Shown: one piece after another, positions 1-22,451 of the stretch
How positions within the stretch are numbered: position 1 is the first letter of the stretch
Layout of the letters: each line of letters starts with the position of its first letter
Assembly: GCA_964276515.1 (NCBI GenBank)
Contig: OZ193910.1
Location: 8,680,001-8,744,000, forward strand
Origin: Gordius albopunctatus
Lineage: Eukaryota
Reading direction: 5' to 3'
DNA: 64,000 bases
Position numbers and translations under genes: made by a program
The notes under the pieces: generated by a model
Seen by the model: only the letters and a program-made list of their open reading frames with translations
Databases searched by the model: none
What the model was told of the DNA's origin: nothing

Positions 1-1030
1 TGCTTAATAAGGACGGGAACGTTAATTCGTCTATGCCTGCCAAAACATCTTTTATATTACCTTTACTCAATTCAGGGTCTGCATTAATTCCCTTAACAAT
101 ATCGTTTAAATCTAAAATATTTAAAGGATTGTTGTCCTATTATAGCACAAGACAAAGGAGAGACCTTAATGCTATATGCATGCGCCCAAACGCAATAGTA
201 CATCAGTCACATGATTATCCTGTTTGCCTTAATTTAGGGTTAACGTAAAATTTTAGACTAGGGGACATCAATAGTTCGGCTTTAGGCTTTTTATATAATG
301 CAACAAGCGGCTTTTGATCCATTATTATAGGAAACGATCTTACAATTAAATATTCACGAGATTGCTGTTACCCATAAATCATCGCTAATGCCTCGCGTTC
401 TATAGTGAAAAACGCCAACAACTTTGAATTAAGGCGCTTACGATGCCAATATCAGCAGACGTAAGGAGCCTTAGTATATGCAGTTTATTAGGATCATAAC
501 ATATCAGAATGGTGTTTTTATGCAAGATATTTTTAAATATTGCTTTTACTCCATTTAAACATGATGGCACTTTTTGCCAGTTCTTGCAATGGTGTGACGC
601 AGTGTAATAAATAAACTTGCTGTAAACCTATAAATAACGGTAGTTCCTTTAATATTTTTTATAGCTTCTATTGTCATATTTTCGTTGAATATTCCGATGT
701 GTCCTGAATAGAGAACTTGTTCAGTCCTAAAAATACATTTATTAGCTGACACTTTTAAGCTTTTTAGACTAATCGTCTTTTGTCTGTCCTGTTATTAAAA
801 TATCTTAAAAAACATTTTACCCGCAGCTGAAATGCTACGCCAAAAGAAAACCGTTGAAATTATAAAAGTCCGGCATCCGTATTAATCCTTAGAAGCCGTG
901 ACGATTTTTCATTTACCTGTAATTGCAAATAAGCGTTGCAAAATTCCATTATTGACAAAATTTATTTCTACCCTAGGCAATGGGTACTTTACCTTAATTA
1001 TACATCAACGTAATCCTATAATTACAGCAA
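1..1030 (-). mobile_element. Degenerate Ty3/gypsy pol fragment (RT + RNase H)
   Basis: Minus-strand translation with stops/frameshifts: RT-like 'AYLQLQVNEKSSRLLRINTDAGLL*FQRFSFGV' (~830-950), 'KCIFRTEQVLYSGH' (~700-745), RNase H-like 'EREALAMIYG*QQSREYLIVRSFPIIMDQKPL' (~305-400). Confidence 0.75.
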
Positions 1031-2264
1031 ACTTTTACCGTTCCTTTTAAGAGATTTATTGTCAACGGGACCTGTTGACAATAAATCTCTTTAAAGTATT
1101 CTGTAGGAGGGAAAAAATCTATTAAATTTTACCGTTCCGTCAGGCTTTATGACCGGTATAATAGGTGTAGTCCACTCTGAATAACTTAGGGTGAAGGATC
1201 AACAGCTTTTTGATGAAAAAGAGAAAGAATAATGTACATTAGTAGTTATACATTGGAATAAAGTGCGCATTCCACAATTTTAAAAATATAATTAGAATAA
1301 AGCGTTTGGAGAAACTTTTGTGGTTTTATGAGATCAAACAATACTAAATTTCCTTTGTTCTATATAAATGGTAAGAAAATTATTGGTGTTCTAGTTGAAT
1401 CAGGTATTTTTTATAATTTCCTAGCAAAAGCTTATATTGTCTACTGTTTTATATAAATTTTATGACGACGATTTTCGAATCGAGAAAATATGGCAATGCT
1501 TATAATGTTTAAACTTCATTAAATATTGGTTTAGTCCATAACAAATTACCCATAGATGAGATAGACTGCGTATGTCATGTTTCATGTGGTAAATTGTATG
1601 TACAATTTTCATCTTTTTGATGATAACAACTGGTGTATTTCAACCATTAAACCATGTCATTTTGCGCTATAAGAGTCAATTTACCTTCCTCACTAGTTTA
1701 TAAATTTGAACGAACGTCAATAAATTAATATTATATTATTAAACATACTTTTTCACAGTTTTAACATTTTTATGTATTGTGTAAATTATATTTATTTAAG
1801 AATGCTCTTTTTTATTTCTACCCAATTCAATATCTTTTGATTTACCTTTTTAAGATTATTTAATTTACAAAAATTACTAATATCTATATAATCACTACTA
1901 GGAGAATGTTAACATCAAAATGGTGGAAAAAAAGGTGCACATTTTGTGCGCTGATGAGCAGTCTATCTAGTCTATGAAATTACCTTAATTGATTTAATAC
2001 CTTAGAGCAAAAATAAAATAATATTCGATTTAATTCTCGTACCAAAACATACCTCTTAGTTCTATGTTAATTTTCCCTTACAAAATAATTCTATTTTGAG
2101 CTGTCATAAGAATATCGCTATTTCCAAAAATTAAAATTGACACGAATTAAGTTGTATCGTTATTGGCAGTACTTATTTATTATTTGCATATATATATTAG
2201 TATAAATATAATTAGACATAGAAGTTAATGGTTGACAATAAAATGTTCAATATAATCATGATGC

Positions 2265-11987
<9,723 letters not shown>

Positions 11988-14044
11988 TTAATAATTTAAA
12001 TTTACGCGGCTTTTTTTATTAAATAACGCTAATTGGTAACAATAATGGATGTTTAAAAAAACCAATGTCACTTATGATTTGCAAAGATTTTAAATTTTTC
12101 CCTGTAAGAATTACATGCGAATTTTTTTGTTTTTGATAAATTACTCTTACAGGAACATCTATGCTATTGCAAAATACCTTGAGTCTAAATATAAGTACGA
12201 GTTTAAAGGCAGTTATAGAAACAAATAATTCTTAATTCTTATCAATGGGATCAATACTCACACCTTTACTATTTTTATCGTTTAGATTGCTGTAGACCCT
12301 ATGTTATAAGACTCTTAAGCGCCCGCGACAAATTTAAAAATAGTTGTAAAATACCTAAAGAAATGTATTTTAATTTAGGTTTACCACATACTAAATGAAA
12401 TGACTATCACTGTTATTTTAAATAACTTCTTAAATAATCATCTTCTTCTTTCATTCTGAAGTTTTTATATTTAAATATTTGAAATCAAATAGCATTTTAA
12501 ACTAGGATTCGATCCTCAAATCAAAGGTTAGAATGGAAAAAATTGAATATGTTGATTCAAAAACTAGTTTTAATCATCAGTTATAAGTTATGATATGATT
12601 AACTAATATTGGTCGCCTCAATTCCTGCAGAGTAAAAACATTTTGATAAAGTACTGGAGATGTTGTTTTTTATTAAGTTGAGCAAATCTGATCCCATAGA
12701 AAAATAGTATATAAATTTAGATATGGTGCGCTTGTATATGAAGCTAATCAACTGCCTACAAAATTACACAACAATTTCCTTAAAGCATATGGAGGAAACA
12801 AAAAAAACGCATACAAACATTAAAATTGTAAAATTATATTGCATATTCAGTCTCTAAATAGAAAAATAGTTCCATAGTGTTACCGCCTAAAGTTCTTTGC
12901 GCATCTCTTTTTTCAAATGTGCCTCGCATTGCTTGCCCGCATTTCGGAGTAATCTATAACCTTGACTGTACAGTTGTTGGTATGTGCATTGTCGTATGCA
13001 AACTCAAAAGGGCGTAACAATCCTGACATTTATAACAATCTTTAAATAAGCTTAACTCTTTCAATAATATAATAGCGCGTAACAGCAGATCCTTTAGTGT
13101 CATATATTTTAAATTAAACTTGTCCTGTTAAGACAAAAAAAAGCCAACTGGCAAAGACAGCTTCCTTTTCATGACATTTTTTAGTTGTTGCCGCCACATT
13201 GCATAAAACAAATTAAGCAGAGAGTCTAATTTTTTTAATTGAATAAAAAATTTCCACGAAGAAAAAGATAGCAATAAATGTTGCAATATTATTTACAATT
13301 TAAATTTCACAGTTTCACCCTTGCATGACTGTTACAAATATAAAAATCAAAGAATATCTCGCCTGGGTGGTAGTGTTTCTCGTCTCGGGTTCGATTTTGA
13401 GAATCCGATCTCGTCTAGGGTTAGGGTTAGTTTTATTTAACTCAATTGCCTTTTGAACTGGCTGGGACCCTTATTTAGCATCGACAAAAATAAGTAGACC
13501 CTTTATCTACAATATATGTTCAAAAAAAATTTAATTGCTATGTATATAAATCTTATCGATTTGTTTCTAAAGAATTTATTGCATTTTCAATTTTCATTAT
13601 TATTATTATGTCACAGTAACTTCATAGGTGCTTATTGATACTTCTCGTCATCATTTATAACATAAGTAATTAGTGGACACAAAGTTGTTCTAAAATGAAA
13701 GTCCCAAAATAAATTAATTCGCCACAAAATATATATGTCTTAATAAAGCTTAAGCTTGTATATTATTATTTTGCAAAATCGTAACATTTACAAAAAATTA
13801 ATAGATTAGAATGCACTTGCCAACCCTGCCGTTAGAAAGTTAGAGGAAATGTAATTAGAAAAATAAATGCTTGTTGATTTTTAGCTTGAGAATTTCAGAG
13901 GTGTGACATGATGAGTTCGATCCTAAATTTTGGCAAACTTGTGCTTGACTCAAAATCAATGTTTTGGCAGGCACAGAAATCGCAGGGCGCTCAAATAATC
14001 TTTAGCCAAATCTATAAAATTTTGCTTAAGAAACAATTGTAAAT

Positions 14045-17000
14045 CTTCTTCTTTCTATGACTGCTTTTCACTTAGGCTGGTGGTCACTCCTTTTAGCATT
14101 CGTTTCCATTTGTTTCTATGTTTATATCGATCTTTATTTATCTTGTGGACTTTCATATCATGCCGTATTTTATGAATCCAGGTAAGCTTTCCTTTGTTTT
14201 CCTGCGAAATTTATCATTTCGATTTTCTTTCCTACGTAGCTATCGTCCCTTCTTTCGACTAGCAGCTTTGTCGCAATTGATGTAGTACCCAAAATTCTTC
14301 TTATTTCTTCATTTCGCCTATGGTCCTTTTAACTTACTCCTAGCACCTATCTTAGCATTCTCATCTCCATGGCCGCAAGACGTTGCTCTTCTCTTTTACT
14401 TATAGCCCATGATTCTGAGCTATACAGGACTGTTGGCTGTATGATGGATTTATACAGTGCGCCTTTTATTCTTCTTGGGATGTTTTTGTCACACAGAATA
14501 CCTGTCAAGTCCCTCCACTTGAGCCATCCGGAATTTATCCTTGCTTGGATTTCTTTATCCATTCCACCATCCGATTGAAGTGTTGATCCTAAATATTTGA
14601 AGGAATCCACGCTTGTAAGTCGCCAATCGCCTAAAGTAAGGTATGCACTTTGCTGGTTTTCATCTGATTTAAACTTTGTCTTCCTTCATGTATTCTGCTT
14701 TCTTTCGATTTACCTTGAGACCACTTTCTTCTATTGCATTTACCCATCTATTTACAGTATTAGCCAATTCTTGTTCACTTTTGGCATAGAGGATTATATC
14801 GTCTGCAAAAATCATTGCCCAAAGAGCTTCATCACCCAAATCCTTGGTAATATTATCCATTATCATTATGAATAGAAAGGGAGTAAGAACTGAACCTTTA
14901 TGGACTCCATTGTTAATGGCAAAGCCCTTTGTAGTCCCCACCGATGTTCTAACGTACGTTCTATTTCCCTTGTACGTATCTTTTATTGCTCTGACGTATA
15001 CTTCTGGCACATTGTTTTCTTCAAGACATTTCCAAACTAAATTACGAGGAACTTTATCGAACGCTTTTTCTAGATCGATCAAGCACATGTGAAAATCCTC
15101 TTCACTTTCTTTACCATTAATCTTCTAACACTGTTTAGGGCGTCTGCTGTAGACCTCTCCGCCATAAATCCGAATTGGTTATCTTGAATTTGAACCAAAC
15201 TCCGAAGCCGTTTTTCGATCACTTTTTCCCACACCTTGAAAGTGTGACTCATAAGCCTTATCCCTCTGTAATTGTTACAATCCTGAATGTCCCCTTTCAT
15301 CTTGTATAGCCATTTTACCCGTTTTCAAGATATTGTTGAAAAGGTTGGCGAGGAATTGTGCATCAATATTACTGTAATAACTAAAAATGTTTCAAAGTTA
15401 TAATCAATGTTAATTAGTTATTATTAAACCCAAAAGATAATGATTATTATGGATTTAAGTCTTACCTTATAGTTTAGGATTATAATCATCCTTAGAACCC
15501 CAATTTATTATTTCATTTAATTCGAATTATTTATTTAATTTAACTCTCACAAGAAGATTATATGTGCAGTCCCAATATTTCCGCGAGCGAAGAGAAAAAA
15601 ATTGATATTAATTCTAACAAAGAAATATATATATATGGATTGATATCTATCATGTGATGTATTACTACGCGTTTACAAATAAATACGAGCTAAATAATGA
15701 TGGGAATACTAGTATTAGAATCTCGCTATAATATATCGCGTAGAGATCAATAGGGGGAGAGGGACTACGCGTATACCTTAAGATGCGTATACTTTAATAA
15801 ATAAGAGAGAGATGATGAGGGGGGTTTTGTGTGTGTGAGTTCACAGAATTAATCCCTCGTACTAGGCGTAATTAATCGATGAGATCAATCGTGTAGTACA
15901 CAACTACAACAATTACCTAACGCTTTGAAGACCTCTATTGGTATATTTTTGGGTCCAAGAGCTTTTCCTGACCTTGGTTTACCCATAGCAACTTTGACTT
16001 CCGTTTCCGTGATCCAGTCCGCTGTGTTTAATTCCCCTTATGTATTTTCCTGGTTAATGTCTTCGACTACAGGCCTCTTTTCAATTGATAAATCGCTATA
16101 ATAGCCGTACCATCTTTGTAGTATATGGCTGTCGCGTGTTAGTATTTCTCCCTTTTGACCCTTGATTAGCCGGTATTCTAGGTAATCTTTAGAATTTTGG
16201 GCCCTTGACTTTGCGATTTTGTAGATCAATCTTTCTCCTTCCTTTGAGTTGAGTTTTACATTTATATTGTCGTACACCTTGTTTTTAGCTTTCGCTACGA
16301 TTTTTTTAACCGATCTTTTAGCTACTTGGTAAGCTTGCTTATCATTACTATCTTTGCTTTTATACCAAACTTTGTACAATCTCTTCTTTTCCTTGATACA
16401 TTTTTGCACTTCTTCATTTCACCACCACATCTCCTTGAGAATTCTTTTAGTGGGCTTGCTTTTACCTGGTATTTGACGTCCCGCTTTTCGCATTGTGGCA
16501 GCTATACCATTCCATTGATTCTCACATCAAGTATTTCCCTTAAATTCAGCATGTTTAATTACTTGTTCCTGAAAATGTTGAATATTATCCTTTAGTTTCC
16601 TCCATTGTATAGTAGCGGCTACTCTTTTTACCTTCTGCCCTTTAATATAAAGTCCATCACCAACAGCTTGTGTTGGCAGGCCAATATTTCACTCGGTATT
16701 ACCTTAACATTTTGAACATACTTTAAGTGCGCTCTGTTGACTAGAAAGAAATCTATCTGAGTGGTACGGCTGCCGCTTTTGTACGTTATAAGATGTTCCT
16801 GTCTCTTTTTGAAGAAGGTATTTCCTATAGCTAGGTCAAAGGCTTGAGCAATTTCTAGAATTTCCGTACCTCCTTCATTTCTTAGGCCGTAACCCCGACC
16901 ACCGTGATTTCTTTCAAATCCTCCCCTTGATTTGCCCACGTGTCCATTGAGGTCCGCTCCGATAATTATTAGTCCCTCTTTACCCAATTGGGATAGAACA

Positions 17001-17834
17001 TCTTCAAGCTCCTTCCAAAAACACTCTTTTTCCGTCTCAGGGCATCCACTTTGAGGGGCGTATGCTGATATAACGTTTATCGTAGTAGATTTATAACAAA
17101 GCTGTATCGCCATAATTCTGTCATTGATTCTTTTAACTTCGACGACAGTTTGCGGAAATTCTTCCGATAGCACTATACTGACGCCATTCCGGTGAGTTTC
17201 TGTACCGTAAAAAATATAATTTGTATCCGTCCCCTATGTATTTTGCTTTTTTGGCCCTTCCATTTGGTCTCTTGTATACAAGCGATATCGAATTTTCTCC
17301 TCCTTATAACGTCTGCCAATTCTCTGCTCTTGCTAGTCATTGTACCAATATTCCATGACCCAAACTTTATCCTACGCAAACTAATGTCTTTAACCACTTC
17401 TGTTTGTTGAGAGAGCGGTAGCCTTCGTTTATTTCCCACACATTCCAGGCGAAGAATGCGCGCATCGCTTAAGGGGGGGGGTTTATATGGAATGAGGGAC
17501 TATTGATATCCCGGCCTTCCAAGCCTGACGGAACTATGTTAGATTTTGGCGCTTGACTACCTACTATTCTTTATGATGCAGTAATTTTGGTAAATTAAAC
17601 TTTTCTTTAGATCACTCGTATTTTTAGGCTTAATCTAGCATTTCCATTTCACTAAGTACTCCCTCAAAAAGCCCAGAAATTTTAGTCTGAACCTTCACCA
17701 AGAACCTTGCCAATAGAGTGACCCGACCAGTAACAAACATAAAAATTGTGTTTGGCTACCAAAGGTATAGCTTCTTAGATCACGAGAGTACACAAGCTCA
17801 AACACCACTACAAGGTATTTCTGGTTCGGTTGAG
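14045..17834 (-). mobile_element. Full-length, frameshifted RTE-clade non-LTR retrotransposon
   Basis: APE endonuclease (GSWNIGTM, CIQETKW, ISAYAPQ, GADLNGHVG, TQIDFFLV) and RT (NYRGI, QFGFM, DLEKAFD, FADDI, FKYLGS); (AAG)n tail; perfect 19-bp TSD TTAAGAAACAATTGTAAAT at 14026-14044 and 17835-17853. Confidence 0.95.
15373..15911. mobile_element. Solo LTR (539 bp) inserted in the RTE
   Basis: TG...CA termini, 5-bp TSD ATTAC (15368-15372, 15912-15916); RTE coding sequence resumes on both sides. Confidence 0.85.
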
Positions 17835-19543
17835 TTAAGAAACAATTGTAAATAATCACATTAAACAGAATGATATAACTGTTGAGAAATTCGAAAATGT
17901 TTTAGTAATATTAATACTTTATCAGAACACATGTTTGTATGTTTATATTATATTAATGATCAGGATATAAATATTTAATAAATTAATTAATTATTAAAAA
18001 GACTTAGAGTCACAGCTAAAACTCAAATTTTAGACGGATATAGATTTGATATTGGTTAAACATTGATGTGAAAAAATATAACATTAAAGAAATCCCAATT
18101 ATATTAATTTACATTTAACATCCTAAATTTAAATCATACAAAATAGAAATATAAACTAAATTTAGTATATATAGATATGATGACCAATGTAGTAAAATTT
18201 AAACCGAGATCTCGACTATAAAATATCTTGTAGTCTCGTCTCGTGTTCAAAATTCTCGTGTCACGCTCACGAGACCGAGATTTTTCTCTCCGCACTACTC
18301 CTGGGTGGCGTGGTAAGGGATTTAGCCGCGACAAATTTATTTTTGTTGAAGCCTTTCTTTGCACAAAACTGTTATCATTTTTTTGAAACATTTGCTCTAG
18401 ATTATGCGTATCCTCTGTCGAATCTTTCTCAAAATTTACATAATTTTGACACCTTTTTCTACGAGTCGATAGGTCATATAAATAAAACTCTATTTCAACA
18501 CAAGCCATCACACTTGTAGATGCATGCGGGTTTATCAGCTAGATCTTTTAATTATAAGCCTAGTTTGTTATTATCATTTGTGAAATTTGCTATAATGTAA
18601 ATTTAACACTAAATAATCCTTTTTGAATGTTAAAGTTTACAACAAGAATATTATAACATAAAGAGAAATATAAGCCATGCAATTGAAACACATTCATTCA
18701 AGTTAACGTAAATGATGTACATAATATATTTTACCACCCCCATTTAAGAGCATAATTGGCTCCTAAGCTTTTTATGTCAGTAAGTCTTTTATAAAATTTT
18801 ATTTTATTACTTTTATCTACACGATAGTTACCAAAATTTGGTTAAAATATTTGCATAAATGTCTACATGTCTTGGCGTCGGGTGGGAAACCGGTTATAAA
18901 AACCAACTCCAAAATCGTGATAGTTTCAAAAACAAATTAAATAGAAATCTCAGGCGTTATCTACGACGCGCACTGCATACCACCAATGAGCAAAAATACA
19001 CTAGGGTTAACGAAGGCGATTGTAGAAAGAATGCGAAAAACGTGTTAGAATATGGGAACGTTGACGGGGATGAGCATCAAGGCCGCACAAAGGCTAAAAA
19101 GAAGAAAGGTACACATCATCTGCCTACAAGAGACGTGGTGGAAGAGAACCTACGCTCTGGAGTTAAGAGAAGTTCTAAGCGAATCGTTCAAGGACAAGGT
19201 GGATGAAGTCAAGCGTTGTTCAGACCGGCTAATGTGAGTGAAGATTTCAGATCAAGGGGGTCTCCTAACCCTTATGTGCGCGTTTGCTCCCCAAATTGGG
19301 TGTATGGAATCAGAGAAAGACATATTCTTCGATTCATTGGAAAAGGAAATATAAGGAATAGCACAAAAGAAGGCCTAAGTAGGAAAAAATCGCCTCGAGT
19401 ATGAACGCAATCATGGTATGTGAATGGTCTGAAGTACATGGAAGGGGAAAACTTTTCCAAGTATCCCAAGCATACCACGTGGCGATCGATAACACCTATT
19501 TTCAAAAATTCTAAGATTATGTTGTGACTTATCGAAGTGGGAA

Positions 19544-19884
19544 GTATGTATGTATAAGCTCCGGCGACAAACAAAAGCTTAGCTAAATCGGCAAGCTAAG
19601 ATTAAATCTCATCTGACACTAAACCAAAGGTTACGTGTTAAGTTGTTATTAGGTTAGTGGTTAGTTTGTTAGTACGTAAATTCGAAATTTATTATTGTGC
19701 TAGTAGCAGGAATCATTAAAGGAACAAAAGCATATACATGCATGCGACTACTAAAACCCTATAAATAAAAGGATCGATTCTCCCTTTAGACTGTGGTAAG
19801 AGGTGTAAAAGGCTCTCAATGGTTCATAAGTTTGGGCGTCGGACTCAGGCTCACGGTTAGATGAAGTATGGGAAGATAAGTTAT
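19544..19884 (-). mobile_element. Short retroposed insertion with (ATAC)n tail
   Basis: Interrupts the RTE endonuclease between RSG and KHLS.IDY; TGGGAA duplicated at 19538-19543 and 19885-19890; minus strand ends ...TTATACATACATAC. Confidence 0.55.
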
Positions 19885-22451
19885 TGGGAAACATCTTAGT
19901 TAAATTGACTATCTGCTCATAGGGCGAAAGGACTTATGGAGTATCAAGGATTGCAAAGTAATACAGAGAGAATATATCGCCAGGCAACATCGTCCCCTTG
20001 TTATGGATCTTGACAGAAGAGTATTTCCCGAAAGAAGAAAGGTCTATGAACCTCGAATTTGATACGAAAGGTCAAAGGATATGTCGATAAACGAAGAATA
20101 CCAACAAAAAGCCTCCTCACTCTTGGCTGAAAGGAAGTTGCGAAGGGACGTAGACGACTATTGGGATACGCTAACTAAGGACATAAAGAAAACAGCAATT
20201 CGTTTTCAAGGATAGACCAAAGGAGACAAAGCTATGAATAGGGAAATATGGTGGTGGATTAATCGGTTAGGGATTTCATAGAAGACAGAAAATCTAAATA
20301 CACGGTGGCATAGATCGAAAAAGCTGGAGCATTATCAAGAGTATAAGGAGGCTAAGAGAGCTGCAAAAAAATTCGTTGCAAAAGCGAAGAATGCCGCGTA
20401 CACCGAGATGGCATACAAACTGGATCATAAAGGGGGCGATAGGCTTATGTACAAATTGGCCAAGATAAGGGAGAAGAAAAGTCGCGATGTCGGAGATCTT
20501 AAAATTGTCAAAAACGAGAAGGGTGAAACCTTATTCAAGCCGAAAGAAGTGATGGAAAGGTGGAAAGGATATTTTAAGAAACTTATGAATATTGCAAATG
20601 ACAAGGATTCTCTTCGCAAAATTGAGCCAAATATAAAATGGTCGAGCTCTTTCAGGAGGATAAAGTTAGGACACAAATGAACAAGATGCAAAAAGGAAAA
20701 GCAAATGGCCCAGATGGGATACCTATGGAAGCATTGTTCGGATGTCGGGAAGAAGTCATCACCATGACGAAGCTCCTTAACAAGATATTAATAAAAGAGC
20801 GAATTCCTAATCAATGGAGAGCAAGCACGATTATACCCTATATTTAAAGGCAAAGGAGACCCTCAGGAGTGTGGCAATTACAGAGGTATAAAGCTAACTT
20901 GCCACTCCTTGTATGTTATGGAAAGGATTAGAGGTCTGCATGGGCCGAAATTTTAGGGTCAGGCCCGGCCCATACCCGCACAAATATATTTTTTTTACCC
21001 ATACCTGCCCCACAAAAAACAACAAAAAATGCGCCGCATCAGGCCCGGACGAGAAAAAAGCTTCAGTGTTTTCAAAAAAATTTATTTGTATAGAAACAAT
21101 TTTGCATGTATGAAAAAAATTGTTATAGCATATAAAAACGATATTAATAAAAAAAAATTATAATTCAATATTGTCATTTAAAAATAATAAACTGTCTATC
21201 TTCTTTGTTCTATTAGGCGACTTGCCTTACTAAACGTGCGTTCACTTGTAGCGCTTGTGGCTGGAATTGCCAAAAACTATACAGCTAACTTTGTCAAATT
21301 AGGTAGGATAAGTTCGTGTTCTTTCCACCATGAAATAACATCAAGCTCATCATCTTCAGGTTTGAGATTTAATTTAACATAAGTATCAACTTCATTGCTC
21401 TCCTCAATCTGCTCTCTTTCATCGTCCTCCCAAACGGAGATATCCATATACCTGAGCTGAATTGCTCATAGATGGACGACTGATGCAAGAAGAGCTAGGA
21501 TCTTCTTGCATTAATTTATTTAAAGTTTGTGTTACCATGGTTTTAATAAGAATTCTTTCATCCTCAGGTAACATTTTGAGGGTGCGGAATTTTGGAGCCA
21601 GAAATGTTGATATCTTATGATATACATCAATTTCGAACTTTGAGATCAGCATAGTTTTAGCCCTGGTTTTTAATTTATAAATTTCTAATTCAACAGGATA
21701 ACTATTAGTAGGAGATGGAGGCGTATTTGGTATGGCTTTTAAGGATGTATAATAGGGTAAAACTTTAAACAATGTTGGGACTTTATCCGCTTCTAACTCC
21801 ATGCTTGCCTTTTCATAAGGCTAAAGCAGAGCAATTAGCAAAATAATATGCTTTTTTGAAATCCCTTCAAGTTTTTTCATTAAATCTTTGCCAGATAAAA
21901 AATTGATTATTTCATCATACATCTCATACAAACTTTTTAACATTATGATTTTGAAATTCCATCTGGTCTCTACATCTTGGTAGAGTGTTTTACTTAAATA
22001 TTGTACATTCCCACTCTGTTTAAAATACTTTGTAAGCTCTTTACTTCGTTCGATCAATTTGAGGATAATAAGAGAACCCTAGCTTGGTAAAATTGGAAAG
22101 TAATTCTTGGTGTATGTTTGTGTGGTTTTTTTTGACTCAATAAACTTGCATGTAAATAAGACTCGTTTTGTTAAAGAGTCCATTTATTAATGTAATGTAG
22201 TGAAAGAGTTATATATCTAAACTTCTTAAAATCATCCATATAGAGATCTGTAGTTGCACTTGCTTGAAACTTTTTCAAAGCATTTAAAATTTCAGGTTTT
22301 AAATTATTTATTGTCTCTTCTGCTGTTTCATTAATATGACGAGATATTGTAGTAGGGTGTGGAAGAATGTCTTTCACATTAAATATGCCATGTTTGACTT
22401 AAAGCTCAAGAATATATTGTGCCACATGCCTAAACCCCCAGATATTGCCTC

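Larger units (their letters stand above)
13371..18297. mobile_element. hAT-like non-autonomous element (~1.1 kb of own sequence) hosting the RTE
   Basis: TAGTG...CACTA ends, subterminal TCTCGTCTCG motifs at both ends, CTGGGTGG duplicated at 13363-13370 and 18301-18308 (3 extra nt on the right). Confidence 0.65.
12913..18790 (-). pseudogene. Divergent Argonaute-family (MID/PIWI) pseudogene split by TE insertions
   Basis: Motifs in AGO order: 'LTDIKSLGANYAL' (~18746-18785; cf. KINVKLGGxN), 'KPACIYKCDGLC[fs]EIEF' (~18485-18535; cf. IIFYRDGVSEGQF), 'FVQRKASTKI..LNPLP', 'HP|GEIFFDFYICNSHAR' across the 18301/13362 junction (cf. HPTEFDFYLCSHAG), 'KGSAVTRYYII', and 'MSGLLRPFEFAYDNAHTNNCTVKVIDYSEMRASNARHI' in gapless register with [38 protein letters not shown]. 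Several stops and frameshifts. Confidence 0.65.

Noticed and set aside
13417..13431. TAGGGTTAGGGTTAG telomere-like repeat
   Set aside because: Only ~2.5 units, inside the subterminal region of a hAT-like element.
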